From positions 16,839 through 80,838 of the forward strand of contig JAISCX010000035.1 of NCBI GenBank assembly GCA_031265235.1: 64,000 bases of DNA, in the 5' to 3' direction. The position numbers and the translations under genes are program-made. This DNA comes from Rickettsiales bacterium. GTDB taxonomy: Bacteria; Pseudomonadota; Alphaproteobacteria; Rs-D84. Each line of letters begins with the position of its first letter. The first letter of the stretch is position 1. Positions 1 to 9,229 of this stretch are shown here, in pieces. The notes under the pieces are model-generated. The model searched no databases. It saw only the letters and a list, made by a program, of their open reading frames with translations, and was not told where the DNA came from.

Positions 1-2293
1 GATTTATGAAGTGGTGAATAATTCCATCGACGAGGCAATGGCCGGCTTTGCCGATACCGTTTATGTGTCGCTGAATCCCGACGGATCCGCAACGATCCGC
101 GACAACGGGCGCGGAATGCCGTTCGATATGAATCACAAGGAAGGCCGCAGCGCCCTGGAACTGATTATGTGCGAGCTGCATGCCGGCGGCAAATTCGATA
201 ACGAGACATCCGGCGCATACAAGGTGTCGGGCGGTCTGCACGGCGTCGGCGTTTCCGTTGTCAACGCGCTGTCCACTTGGCTGGAAGTGCGCGTGTGGCG
301 GTCGGGAGAAGAGGCGACGATGTCGTTCGCCGACGGCGCGCCGACGGGTTCCATAAAAATATCGCCGTATCCTGATGCGGCGAGACACGGGACCGAGGTT
401 ACGTTTCTGCCGTCGCCATCCACGTTCACATTCACCGATTTTGAATATGACACTTTGGAAACATGGCTGCGAGAGCAATCTTATCTGAATGCGAATGTAA
501 AAATTATTTTTGAAGATTTGCGCGGGGCGGAAAAAAAGAATCGCGACTTTCATTCCGTTGACGGACTGAAAGGGTTTGCCGCATATCTTGACAAGGCAAA
601 AGAAAAGCTGACGCCCACGCCTATTCATATAGTCCGCCAGATTGACGATTCTTATGTAGAGGTCGTGCTGGAATGGACGACGGCGTATAACGAAACGTCG
701 CTGGCGTTCACGAACAATATTCCGAATCGCGACGGCGGCACGCATTTGGCGGGATTCCGCGCCGGGCTTACGCGCGCGCTGAACAAATACATCGCGGAAA
801 AGAATTCAAAGAAAGACATCGCGCTGTCGGGCGAAGATTTTCGCGAAGGCCTTACCAACATCATATCCGTAAAAATCCCGGACCCAAAGTTTTCAAGCCA
901 GACCAAGGATAAACTGGTATCCAGCGAAGTCCGCCCGATCGTGGAATCCGCGGTAAGCGATTTGCTGTATGAATATCTGGATGAAAACCCGTCGGTCGGC
1001 AAGGCCATAATTGACAAGATTATGGAAGCCGCGACCGCCCGCGAGGCCGCCCGCAAAGCGCGCGAGCTGTCGCGCAAGAAAAACGGTCCGGATTTGAACG
1101 TGATATCCGGAAAACTGGCGCAATGCTCTGAGAAAGATCCGGAAAAGTCGGAATTGTTCATAGTAGAGGGCGATTCCGCCGGCGGCACCGCAAAACAGGG
1201 CCGCGACCGCAAGTTCCAGGCCATACTGCCGCTGCGCGGAAAGATTTTGAATGTAGAGCGCGTGCGGTTTGACCGCATGCTGTCGTCGGAAACTATCGGG
1301 ACCCTGATATCGGCCTTGGGCGCCGGCATCGGCAGCGATGATTTTGATATTGAAAAAATGCGCTATCACAAAGTCATCATCATGACCGACGCGGACGTTG
1401 ACGGCGCGCATATCCAGACGCTGCTGTTGACGTTCTTTTACCGCCATATGCGAGAAGCCATCGACAGAGGATTCGTATATGTTGCAAAGCCGCCGCTTTA
1501 CAGGGTTTCCCGCGGCAAACAGCAGGCGTATTTGCAGAATGAAAAAGAATACGACGATTATCTGCTGGATGTTTTGGCAACGGATGGGATGCTGGAATTA
1601 TCCGACGGCGCGCAGATCGCGGGCGCGGATTTGAAACGCGTGCTGGGGCTTTGCGCGAACGCAAAAACGATTTTATCGCCTTTGTCCAGCGCAATGCCGT
1701 TAAGATTTGTAGAGGCGCTGGCGCTGGCGGACGCGCTGCGTCCGCAAAAGGAACAGGGAACGGATGGCAGAAAACGGCTGGATTTTGTAGAAAAGTTTTT
1801 GGATTCGCAAGAACTGGACTTTGAAAAAGGATGGAAGGTGTCCGCGGATGAATCTGGAATTACAATCACGCGCACGCTGCGTTCCGTCACGGAAACGCAC
1901 GCGTTGCCAACGGGCGTTCTGGATTCCGCGGAAATCCGCGCATGGGAACGCATGGCGGGCCGCGAAGAATTGGTCCAGATGTTTTCCGGCGCCATAGTTC
2001 TGCGCGTAAAAAACAAGACGCAGAAATGCGGGTCGGCATTGGAATTGCTGGATACGGCGTTCAATTATGCAAAGCAGGGGCTGTCCATCCAGCGCTATAA
2101 AGGCCTTGGCGAAATGAATGCGGAACAATTATGGGAAACGACGATGGACCCAAATCATCGCGCGCTGTTCCAGGTCAAGGTCACCGACGCGACCAAGGCG
2201 GACGAAGTATTTTCCATGCTGATGGGCGACGTGGTGGAACCGCGCCGCGACTTTATCGTGGACAACGCGCTGAACGCCAACATAGATATATAA
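1..2293 (+). CDS. gyrB: DNA gyrase subunit B, 5'-truncated at window edge (C-terminal ~760 aa present)
   Basis: The ORF translation contains GKFDNETSGAYKVSGGLHGVGVSVVNALS, TOPRIM motifs (EGDSAGG) and the long proteobacterial insertion. The frame is open to position 1. Confidence 0.95.
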   Translation, partial: IYEVVNNSIDEAMAGFADTVYVSLNPDGSATIRDNGRGMPFDMNHKEGRSALELIMCELHAGGKFDNETSGAYKVSGGLHGVGVSVVNALSTWLEVRVWRSGEEATMSFADGAPTGSIKISPYPDAARHGTEVTFLPSPSTFTFTDFEYDTLETWLREQSYLNANVKIIFEDLRGAEKKNRDFHSVDGLKGFAAYLDKAKEKLTPTPIHIVRQIDDSYVEVVLEWTTAYNETSLAFTNNIPNRDGGTHLAGFRAGLTRALNKYIAEKNSKKDIALSGEDFREGLTNIISVKIPDPKFSSQTKDKLVSSEVRPIVESAVSDLLYEYLDENPSVGKAIIDKIMEAATAREAARKARELSRKKNGPDLNVISGKLAQCSEKDPEKSELFIVEGDSAGGTAKQGRDRKFQAILPLRGKILNVERVRFDRMLSSETIGTLISALGAGIGSDDFDIEKMRYHKVIIMTDADVDGAHIQTLLLTFFYRHMREAIDRGFVYVAKPPLYRVSRGKQQAYLQNEKEYDDYLLDVLATDGMLELSDGAQIAGADLKRVLGLCANAKTILSPLSSAMPLRFVEALALADALRPQKEQGTDGRKRLDFVEKFLDSQELDFEKGWKVSADESGITITRTLRSVTETHALPTGVLDSAEIRAWERMAGREELVQMFSGAIVLRVKNKTQKCGSALELLDTAFNYAKQGLSIQRYKGLGEMNAEQLWETTMDPNHRALFQVKVTDATKADEVFSMLMGDVVEPRRDFIVDNALNANIDI

Positions 2294-2403
2294 AATCAAT
2301 TTCTATGGTCGTCTGCGTGCATTCACAGCCCCCGGTGTATGTTTAATACACGTCGGGTCTGATGAATCCACGCATTCGATTCATATAAATTAAGGAACTT
2401 GTT

Positions 2404-3144
2404 ATGAAAAAACTGATTTGTATTTTGGCGATTTTTCCGATTTTCTGCGCGTTTGGCGCCAGGCAGAAAACACCGGAAGAACAGCTGGAACAAGCGGTTG
2501 CAGAAAATGATATAGGCAGAATTATATACGCTATTTCATCCGGCGCGACAAACAAAGAAAAAGTAACCAAGGACTATCTTGCCCGCAATAATCCGCAATT
2601 TATAACAGCATTGGCTTTGGTGGATAGTGCAAGTAATTTGAAAAACTATTCGATATCAAGTGCAAGCATGTATAACTTTTGTTTCGCAAAGAAGAAGATT
2701 TGGAAATTGACGATCGCGGATATAAAGCGGGACAGCAATTATAGGGAAGGAATATTTGTTTATATCGGTATTGATAATAATGGTAATCTGAAAACAGAAA
2801 AAGTGTGGGCGAAATCTGAATTGACGGAAGCAGAAAAATTCATATGGGCAAAGGGCGTGTGTTATATTGACGACACGCTGAAAGACGCCGATATGATAAA
2901 TTGTTACTTTGATCTGAATGAAAAATATTGCAGCATAGAAAGAAACAAGGAAATTCTGACAGGCATATTGAATCCGGATTCTGGAAAGAAAGATGAAGCA
3001 TCATCATGGGGAAATCTGTCGGCAATGTTGAAACCCCCAGAAAACCAAGGGTCAGAGCAATCAGTATTGAAACAAATCGCATCAGAGCGTCTTGAAAGAT
3101 TAAATAAATTGGAAGAATCCATAAAACAAAAGGCGGCACAATGA
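2404..3144 (+). CDS. hypothetical secreted protein (N-terminal signal peptide MKKLICILAIFPIFCAFGA)
   Basis: 246-aa ORF in an AT-rich segment with a hydrophobic N-terminus. Its TGA stop overlaps the ATG of the next ORF (ATGA). Confidence 0.6.
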   Translation: MKKLICILAIFPIFCAFGARQKTPEEQLEQAVAENDIGRIIYAISSGATNKEKVTKDYLARNNPQFITALALVDSASNLKNYSISSASMYNFCFAKKKIWKLTIADIKRDSNYREGIFVYIGIDNNGNLKTEKVWAKSELTEAEKFIWAKGVCYIDDTLKDADMINCYFDLNEKYCSIERNKEILTGILNPDSGKKDEASSWGNLSAMLKPPENQGSEQSVLKQIASERLERLNKLEESIKQKAAQ

Positions 3145-3731
3145 AATTCAAACTACTCTATTTCGGCGAGCTGCGCGTCAATCCGAAAAAACGCGCGCAG
3201 CATATCACGGACATTCGGATGAAATTTCATCCGCAATTGAAAAAATTGGTGGAACATTCCCCGTGGAACAATCTTCAAAAATACATGATGCCCGCCCCGT
3301 CGAAATCGCCGGTCAACACGCGGCATGTCGGCGGAATCGATTTTAATCCGATCATCACGCCCGCGTTGAAGCTGCTTTGCGAATTGGACGTGCAGCTGTT
3401 GCATCCGGAGGTTGTCGGAATCGCCCGCGCGGATATCGATAACCGCATGAAGACGCTGCTGGATGCGCTGCGCTGTCCGCAGAACGAGCATGAGATAGGC
3501 GAAAACCAGCCAAAGGGAATTGGGCCGGTTTATACCCTTCTGGACGACGACCATTTGGTGACCAGATTGTCGGTGAATACTTCGCATTTTCTTGCGCCCA
3601 ATATGTTTGATGTTGACGCGACGGAAAATGCCCCGGTGTCGATAGAACAGGAAGAACGCATTTTCGCAATGATAGATGTGAATGTGCGCGTGGAAGAGGG
3701 GACGCTTGAAAATTTACCATTCATGGTGTGA
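3141..3731 (+). CDS. hypothetical protein (translationally coupled to the upstream secreted protein)
   Basis: 196-aa ORF with a 4-nt ATGA overlap with the preceding ORF. No recognisable domain; it contains an R-x5-H stretch (RCPQNEH) but this is weak. Confidence 0.5.
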   Translation: MKFKLLYFGELRVNPKKRAQHITDIRMKFHPQLKKLVEHSPWNNLQKYMMPAPSKSPVNTRHVGGIDFNPIITPALKLLCELDVQLLHPEVVGIARADIDNRMKTLLDALRCPQNEHEIGENQPKGIGPVYTLLDDDHLVTRLSVNTSHFLAPNMFDVDATENAPVSIEQEERIFAMIDVNVRVEEGTLENLPFMV

Positions 3732-3826
3732 TAAAATTGTCAAAACGCACCGTCTGCCTTGCGTTCGCAATACGCAGCATCCGGCACATTTTGACAATTT
3801 TATCCGCAGGGCGAGGAATATAGAAG

Positions 3827-4165
3827 ATGAATCCATCAACAAAACAAGTTATAACAGACGTTATAAAATACAAAGGCAAGAATTTTGCCGTACTTTATGC
3901 GATAGAAGAATTTGCGGAACTGACCAAAGAATTATTAAAAGATATAAACCGTCACAAAGATAACATTGATGATATTTTTGAAGAAGTGGCGGACGTCAGT
4001 GTCATTATGGAATACCTTAAATTGATTTATAATATATCAGATGATAAAATCTGGGATTATCTGAATAAAAAAATGCCGGAAAAGTGGGCGCCGCGCATTG
4101 AAAAATGGAAAGCCCGCGTTGCTGATACCGGAAATCCGGATGCAAATAAGAGAATCTTGGATTGA
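3827..4165 (+). CDS. MazG-like nucleotide pyrophosphohydrolase (small single-domain type)
   Basis: 112 aa with EEFAELTKEL and EEVADVSVIMEYLKL, matching the MazG EExxE/EExxD helix pair. A GAGG-type RBS lies upstream. Confidence 0.65.
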   Translation: MNPSTKQVITDVIKYKGKNFAVLYAIEEFAELTKELLKDINRHKDNIDDIFEEVADVSVIMEYLKLIYNISDDKIWDYLNKKMPEKWAPRIEKWKARVADTGNPDANKRILD

Positions 4166-4833
4166 TAAACTTGGATGCGGAATTCTTTTTTGATTTGGAA
4201 CGGCGGTTGAAAGCCGCAGGTTTGGATTCCGATTCAGAAAGTTTTGACGTTATAAAAGAACGCCTGTCGCACAAAGAGCATTTGTCCGCGAATGAATTCG
4301 CGCGCCAGGCAATATATGTAATTCTCGCCGGCGGGTTTTCCCAAAAAACCGCAAAGGTGATTCATGGCAAGGTTATGGATTATATTGAAAAAAATCCGTC
4401 GGCCAGCCATGACCAGATGTTTGGCGATCTGATAAAAACTTTCAATAACAAAAACAAAATCAACGCGGTTATAAAGATTTGGCAGAACAGGCAACAATAT
4501 AGGGATGATTATTATGCGATAAACGGTTCGTTGGAACAAAAATTGGCATACATTGTAAAGTTGCCGCATATTGGAAAAATCACCGCGAACCATCTGGCGC
4601 GGAATCTGGGCGAGGACGTTGTAAAATACGATATATGGATCCAGCGTCTTGGCGTTGTCTTTTCCGGACGTGATTTATGGGACAAGATAGATAATGGCGA
4701 TCTTGATCCACAAGTAAAAGCCGCATGCGACGAAATGTTCGCGCATCTGGCGCGCGAAACAGGTCTGCCCCGCGGATATATCGATGTCGTGTTGTGGAAA
4801 GCATGTCAGAACCATATGATAGAAGGGTTATGA
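4162..4833 (+). CDS. HhH-type DNA glycosylase-like protein (AlkA/Tag-like helix-hairpin-helix)
   Basis: Putative TTG start overlaps the MazG stop. LPHIGKITANHLARNLG is an HhH motif followed by an Asp (KYDIW). The C-terminus has YIDVVLWKACQNH, similar to the AlkA C-terminus. Confidence 0.5.
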   Translation: MINLDAEFFFDLERRLKAAGLDSDSESFDVIKERLSHKEHLSANEFARQAIYVILAGGFSQKTAKVIHGKVMDYIEKNPSASHDQMFGDLIKTFNNKNKINAVIKIWQNRQQYRDDYYAINGSLEQKLAYIVKLPHIGKITANHLARNLGEDVVKYDIWIQRLGVVFSGRDLWDKIDNGDLDPQVKAACDEMFAHLARETGLPRGYIDVVLWKACQNHMIEGL

Positions 4834-4834
4834 T

Positions 4835-5707
4835 ATGTCGAAATATTTACGAAAAGTTTACGATGGCGCAAGCGGTGGATGGGTTATCGAGAAAGGCATG
4901 CAAGAATGCAATACGGCCCAGTTCGGAAAAGGTTGGTTGGCTGATCAGATAAAAGAAAGAAGGATAACAAACAAATTGCTTGCGATCGGCAGGGAAGAAT
5001 ATATCGTCCCGAAAATGTTAGAGATAGACAAAGAAAAAGTCCGGGTGCGGCAAAAATTCATATCGGGCGGCATGGTTACGGAACAATATTTTAAAGGCCT
5101 TTCAAAACAGCATAAAAATAGCGTAATCGCCGCCAATGCGCTTTTTACAGCCGATATGGCGTCGTTAAAGCCAGTGGCATTCCGCAACAGGTTCCGGTTC
5201 TGGGACGGACTGATGAACGATATTTCGACCGGGATGCCCGCCGACGTGTTAAGCTGCCATGACCTTGCATATTTATGCGAATCCGCGCAGGCGGCCAAGG
5301 ATTTTATTGATACCAAACCGTTTTCGCAGGCCTATGTATTTCAACACGGGGACAACAGCTATAATAATGTTTTGTATGATAAGAAAAAACGGCGCATGGG
5401 CGTGATAGATTTTGAAGCGGCGGGAATCGGCGATCTGCACGGCGCGTTCGCCATGCTGCTGCCCGATATGGATCCGGCCTTGGAAAGCATGCAGGGCACC
5501 GTATTCGCGAATGAATATCCGAAAGTTTTCCAAAGCATATCGGCGGCTAATTTTAAGATATATGACTTTGTCCAGGATTTTTATATATACGGATCAATGT
5601 TTCTTCGCGTGCGCAAGCGCGATTATCATAAAAATGGATTCAGAAATATCTTTGCCGAGATGGTCAAATCCGCCAAGATTATAGAAAAAAGCAGGAGCAT
5701 GAAATGA
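4835..5707 (+). CDS. phosphotransferase enzyme family protein (APH/choline-kinase-like fold)
   Basis: FQHGDNSYNNVLYD is a Brenner/HGD catalytic-loop motif and GVIDFEAAGIGD is a DFG-like IDFE motif. The start is 1 nt after the upstream stop. Confidence 0.65.
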   Translation: MSKYLRKVYDGASGGWVIEKGMQECNTAQFGKGWLADQIKERRITNKLLAIGREEYIVPKMLEIDKEKVRVRQKFISGGMVTEQYFKGLSKQHKNSVIAANALFTADMASLKPVAFRNRFRFWDGLMNDISTGMPADVLSCHDLAYLCESAQAAKDFIDTKPFSQAYVFQHGDNSYNNVLYDKKKRRMGVIDFEAAGIGDLHGAFAMLLPDMDPALESMQGTVFANEYPKVFQSISAANFKIYDFVQDFYIYGSMFLRVRKRDYHKNGFRNIFAEMVKSAKIIEKSRSMK

Positions 5708-6378
5708 ACGTAAAAATTGAAGAAACATGGAAAACGGCATTAGAGAATGAATTCGACAAGCCTTATTTTATCGCGCTGACCGATTTCGTGCGCGAACAAT
5801 ACAACAAGTGGGCGAACGGCGCGGCCGCAATTTATCCAAAGCCCGCAGAGATATTCAATGCTTTCAATATGTGCCCGTATGACCGGGCCAGGGTTGTCAT
5901 AATCGGCCAGGACCCGTATCATGAGCCGGGCCAGGCGCACGGGCTGTGCTTTTCCGTGCGCGACGGAATCGCTTTGCCGCCAAGTCTGCAAAATATTTAC
6001 AAAGAAATTCAGAACGATTTGGGACGCGAATCCGTCACGCGCGGTGATTTGACCAAGTGGGCGGAACAGGGCGTTTTATTGCTGAACTCTACGCTGACGG
6101 TCCAGGCGCATTTGGCTGCAAGCCACGCAGGCAAAGGGTGGGAACAATTTACGGATGCCGTGATAAAAGCATTGTCGCGCCAAACCGGAATTGTGTATTT
6201 ACTATGGGGCAGCTATGCCCAGCGAAAAGCCGAATTCGTAAACCCTATGGAAAACCTGGTGCTGAAATCCGTGCATCCGTCGCCGTTGTCGGCGTCGCGG
6301 GGATTTTTCGGCAACCATCACTTTTCCCGCGCGAACGAATATCTGGCCGCCCATGGCAAAGAGCCGATAGAGTGGTAA
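5704..6378 (+). CDS. ung: uracil-DNA glycosylase
   Basis: Contains VVIIGQDPYHEPGQAHGLCFSV, LLLNSTLTV and HPSPLSASRGFFG, which are the canonical family-1 UDG motifs. ATGA overlap with the upstream gene. Confidence 0.92.
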   Translation: MNVKIEETWKTALENEFDKPYFIALTDFVREQYNKWANGAAAIYPKPAEIFNAFNMCPYDRARVVIIGQDPYHEPGQAHGLCFSVRDGIALPPSLQNIYKEIQNDLGRESVTRGDLTKWAEQGVLLLNSTLTVQAHLAASHAGKGWEQFTDAVIKALSRQTGIVYLLWGSYAQRKAEFVNPMENLVLKSVHPSPLSASRGFFGNHHFSRANEYLAAHGKEPIEW

Positions 6379-6570
6379 GTTCGTGTCCGCGCCATTTTTT
6401 ATAGAGATTGAATCTCTTGCTTTTTTAAATTCTATGTATTAAACTTTCCAACGAGTCTGCAGGGATGCAGGATCGGGACCTTCAAAAGTCCATATAGAAG
6501 ACATTGTCCGCAAGGGCATTGCATCCGCTTGAACAATGGCGGCACGTAAGTGCCTTTTGTTGTTTATAGG

Positions 6571-6689
6571 CCCCGCCGAAAGGTCGGGGAGCTGTCGGTT
6601 ATAAAACAGGTTTTCCCGAAGGCCGATGGGATCATTTCTTCTGTATGATTTTTGAACTCCCCGACCGCCAATTCCCTTGGCGGTTTTTC
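6571..6689 (+). promoter_or_regulatory. attenuator-like leader: GNRA hairpin / antiterminator / intrinsic terminator immediately upstream of RBS+ATG of the 6713 gene
   Basis: Hairpin ccccgcc-gaaa-ggtcgggg. The segment ggtcggggag (6582-6591) is complementary to ctccccgacc (6657-6666), which overlaps the terminator accgccaa-ttccc-ttggcggt-ttttt (6663-6689). An AGGAG RBS and the ATG follow. Confidence 0.4.
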
Positions 6690-6712
6690 GTTGCTGAAAA
6701 ATAGGAGCAATC

Positions 6713-7840
6713 ATGAAGAAGGGCTTATACAGCAAATCGGTCATTTTCGGTCTGTCGGCATGCGCGCTGCTTTCGTCCCAAGAAGCGAAATCTGAAAATG
6801 CAGAAAAAGATTCCGTGCGATTGGTCGAATCTGTCGATAGCCTGACGTCGGCGGGGATCATAAGCTGTGCGGCGTCCGTTTTTTCCGTAAGTGAATCGCT
6901 GGCTGGCGACTTTCACGACATTGAAAAGTTTCTGGCGCGGATAAAATCCGACGGCCCGAAAATCAACCGCGATTCGCTGGCAAATCTTGAATTTTCGGAA
7001 ATTGCGAAATTTGTCGAAAGCGCGAAAAGGCGGCCGGCGCGCGTGGAAATCGAAACCGTTCCGATAAAAAGCGCCGATGATATGAAACGCCTGTTCGAAA
7101 CAGGATCCTTTGTCCAGGCCGGATACAATCAGGATATCAATATAATCGAGATAAACGTGCTGGCCGCGGATTTCAAGCCCGCGGAAAATCCCGGATTGTT
7201 CGCGCTGATCCAATCAATGAACGCGGAATTGCCGTTTCTGTTCGTTCACGAGAAAAAGCACGAATTCGACGCCGCGCGCAAGCGCCCGGAATTTTTGAAT
7301 TTCGATCGGCAAATGCCGGAATATGAGTTTTATTTTGAATGCGCCGGCTATGTTTCCGGGCTGCTTGCAAAGCGGCTGGCGCTTTTGCGCACGCGGGAAT
7401 TGCAAACGGCGGGGCCCATAGACAGCATTTCGTCCGGCGAAATCAGCCGCGACGAGGCGGACGCATTGGTCATGTCGATGATCAAATGGTTAAAGGAAAA
7501 CGGCGCGGACTATGCGCGCCGTCAGATTCCGGGAATGGTCGCGAAAGACGTCCGCGACGCGTTTGCGAATTTGAGAAAAAGCAAAGAGGCCCCGATTCTG
7601 TTTCAAGAACAGGTGCGCCGCCTGTTCCAATTTGAAACAGGAAATCTGCTGGATATTTGCGGACCGGAATTAAGAAAAACGCTGGCCCGCGAAATCGAAA
7701 GTCTGGCGAACGGCAAACGGCTGAAAAAAGATCTGGCGAAATTGTCCGCCCGCATTCCCGCCATGATTCAATTCATAGACCGCGCCCAACGCGCGCGTTT
7801 CGCATTTTATTATCAAAATCAAAAAGGAGATGAAAAATGA
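6713..7840 (+). CDS. hypothetical secreted protein (signal peptide MKKGLYSKSVIFGLSACALLSSQEA)
   Basis: 375-aa ORF with a good RBS (AGGAGCAATCATG). Its stop overlaps the next ATG. Confidence 0.65.
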   Translation: MKKGLYSKSVIFGLSACALLSSQEAKSENAEKDSVRLVESVDSLTSAGIISCAASVFSVSESLAGDFHDIEKFLARIKSDGPKINRDSLANLEFSEIAKFVESAKRRPARVEIETVPIKSADDMKRLFETGSFVQAGYNQDINIIEINVLAADFKPAENPGLFALIQSMNAELPFLFVHEKKHEFDAARKRPEFLNFDRQMPEYEFYFECAGYVSGLLAKRLALLRTRELQTAGPIDSISSGEISRDEADALVMSMIKWLKENGADYARRQIPGMVAKDVRDAFANLRKSKEAPILFQEQVRRLFQFETGNLLDICGPELRKTLAREIESLANGKRLKKDLAKLSARIPAMIQFIDRAQRARFAFYYQNQKGDEK

Positions 7841-8451
7841 AGACTGCTTTTGCGGCCGGTGCTTTGTGTGCGCTGGTATTATTGACGGAAACGGGGAATG
7901 CGTTTTATTGCGCCAACAGTATGACCACTGCTTTCGCGACGTATTGTTCCGGGCTGGGGGGGACGATATCCACGTTGGATAACGCAGAGTTTTCCAACGG
8001 GGGCCATTGCAGCTATGTATGCTTTTCCAACGCGGCCGAGAAGACCTCTGTCGAGTCCAAGAAGAACAACGCCACCGCGGCCACAGGAAGTTGCGGCAGC
8101 AATGCGAGTCCGGTTTACAGTAGTGGGGCGGTGATGACCACAAGCCCGGCGACATGCAATATCAGCGAAAACGTATGCGGCGGGCCCAACAGTCCGACGT
8201 ATTACAGTATAAACAGCGCGGTCAAACCGATATCTTCGTGCAAATGCAATGCCGGATACTGGGGGGCGACGTCCGTCCCGACAACCTGCACCAGGTGTCC
8301 GAAAATTTGCGACAACCCGTCCGGATCGGAAGTGTTCGGGACATCAACGGCCGGATCCACGGCACAAACTCAATGCCAGGCGCCCGCAGGAACACAATGC
8401 AAGGACGGCGCCGGCGATTATACATTTCAAGCCGCTTGCAGTTATCAATAG
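7837..8451 (+). CDS. cysteine-rich secreted protein (signal peptide; C-terminal CxxC-rich modules)
   Basis: 204 aa with the N-terminal signal MKTAFAAGALCALVLLTETGNA and many Cys in CxC/CxxC spacing. Translationally coupled to the 6713 gene. Confidence 0.6.
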   Translation: MKTAFAAGALCALVLLTETGNAFYCANSMTTAFATYCSGLGGTISTLDNAEFSNGGHCSYVCFSNAAEKTSVESKKNNATAATGSCGSNASPVYSSGAVMTTSPATCNISENVCGGPNSPTYYSINSAVKPISSCKCNAGYWGATSVPTTCTRCPKICDNPSGSEVFGTSTAGSTAQTQCQAPAGTQCKDGAGDYTFQAACSYQ

Positions 8452-8546
8452 CGCGAAAACCAATAAGGAATATTAAAATAAACGGTGCGGGTCGCCGTGA
8501 CATGACCGGACCGGTTTAGTTCGGCAGACCCAACTTTTCACAAAGA

Positions 8547-9095
8547 CTATCTGTATGAAACCTTGTGATTAACTAATTCACATGACCCAAGCTTTTTGTC
8601 GTTATGGACATCCAGGTTATTTATATCCTCTTTGCCCAGCGCGACGCCCAGTAAAAAATAGTGGTGTCGAAAAGGCGCGCCAAAAATATCGAAAAGATTT
8701 TCATAAGTATCAAATAAAGCGTTTGCCCAGTCCTCGTGGTCTTGCTGCTCTAAGCTTGCCAATTCTATAAAAAAAGTTTTTATCTTTGCGCATCGGTTTT
8801 CGTTTTTATGCGCGGCGCAGTATATGTTATCAAAGTCCAAGGGCATTTTTTCAATCTTTCTTATATCAAAGTATCCGGTTTCTTCAATCAATTCACGAAT
8901 GGCGGAAACCATCGGATTTTCATTATCTTCAATTCCACCTTGAACCAAAACATTCCAACCAAATTTCTTATTGCTTAGATACAAATATTTATCTTCTGAC
9001 GGGTGCTTGACCACAACCATGATGGAATCACGTTCCACTGTTTTCATTGATGGATTCAATTTATTTTCATCGATGCTTTCAATTATTGGAATCAT
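8547..9095 (-). CDS. NUDIX hydrolase
   Basis: Nudix box GGIEDNENPMVSAIRELIEETG (GX5EX7REUXEEXGU). The start is taken at MIPIIES with an AAGAGG RBS; the longer ORF to 9167 lacks an RBS. Confidence 0.75.
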   Translation of the reverse strand: MIPIIESIDENKLNPSMKTVERDSIMVVVKHPSEDKYLYLSNKKFGWNVLVQGGIEDNENPMVSAIRELIEETGYFDIRKIEKMPLDFDNIYCAAHKNENRCAKIKTFFIELASLEQQDHEDWANALFDTYENLFDIFGAPFRHHYFLLGVALGKEDINNLDVHNDKKLGSCELVNHKVSYR

Positions 9096-9229
9096 TATAA
9101 AACCTCTTATATTGAACCATTGGAATTTATCGAACGCGCGCATGCTTTGCAAAACCAATGCTATCAAAGGAAATCCAACTTTTCAAGAAAATCTGTGATA
9201 TAATACAACCTGAGCGAGGAGCAGTTGAA

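Noticed and set aside
652-2128. Multiple antisense or out-of-frame ORFs inside gyrB, and similar ones inside asmA, typA, serS and mnmE (e.g. 59254-60531)
   Set aside because: They are embedded in strongly conserved genes on the other strand or frame. They reflect GC-skewed codon usage and are not genes.
6439-6861. 140-aa minus-strand ORF spanning the leader and start of the 6713 gene
   Set aside because: It overlaps the structured attenuator leader and the signal-peptide region of a well-supported plus-strand gene. It has no RBS.
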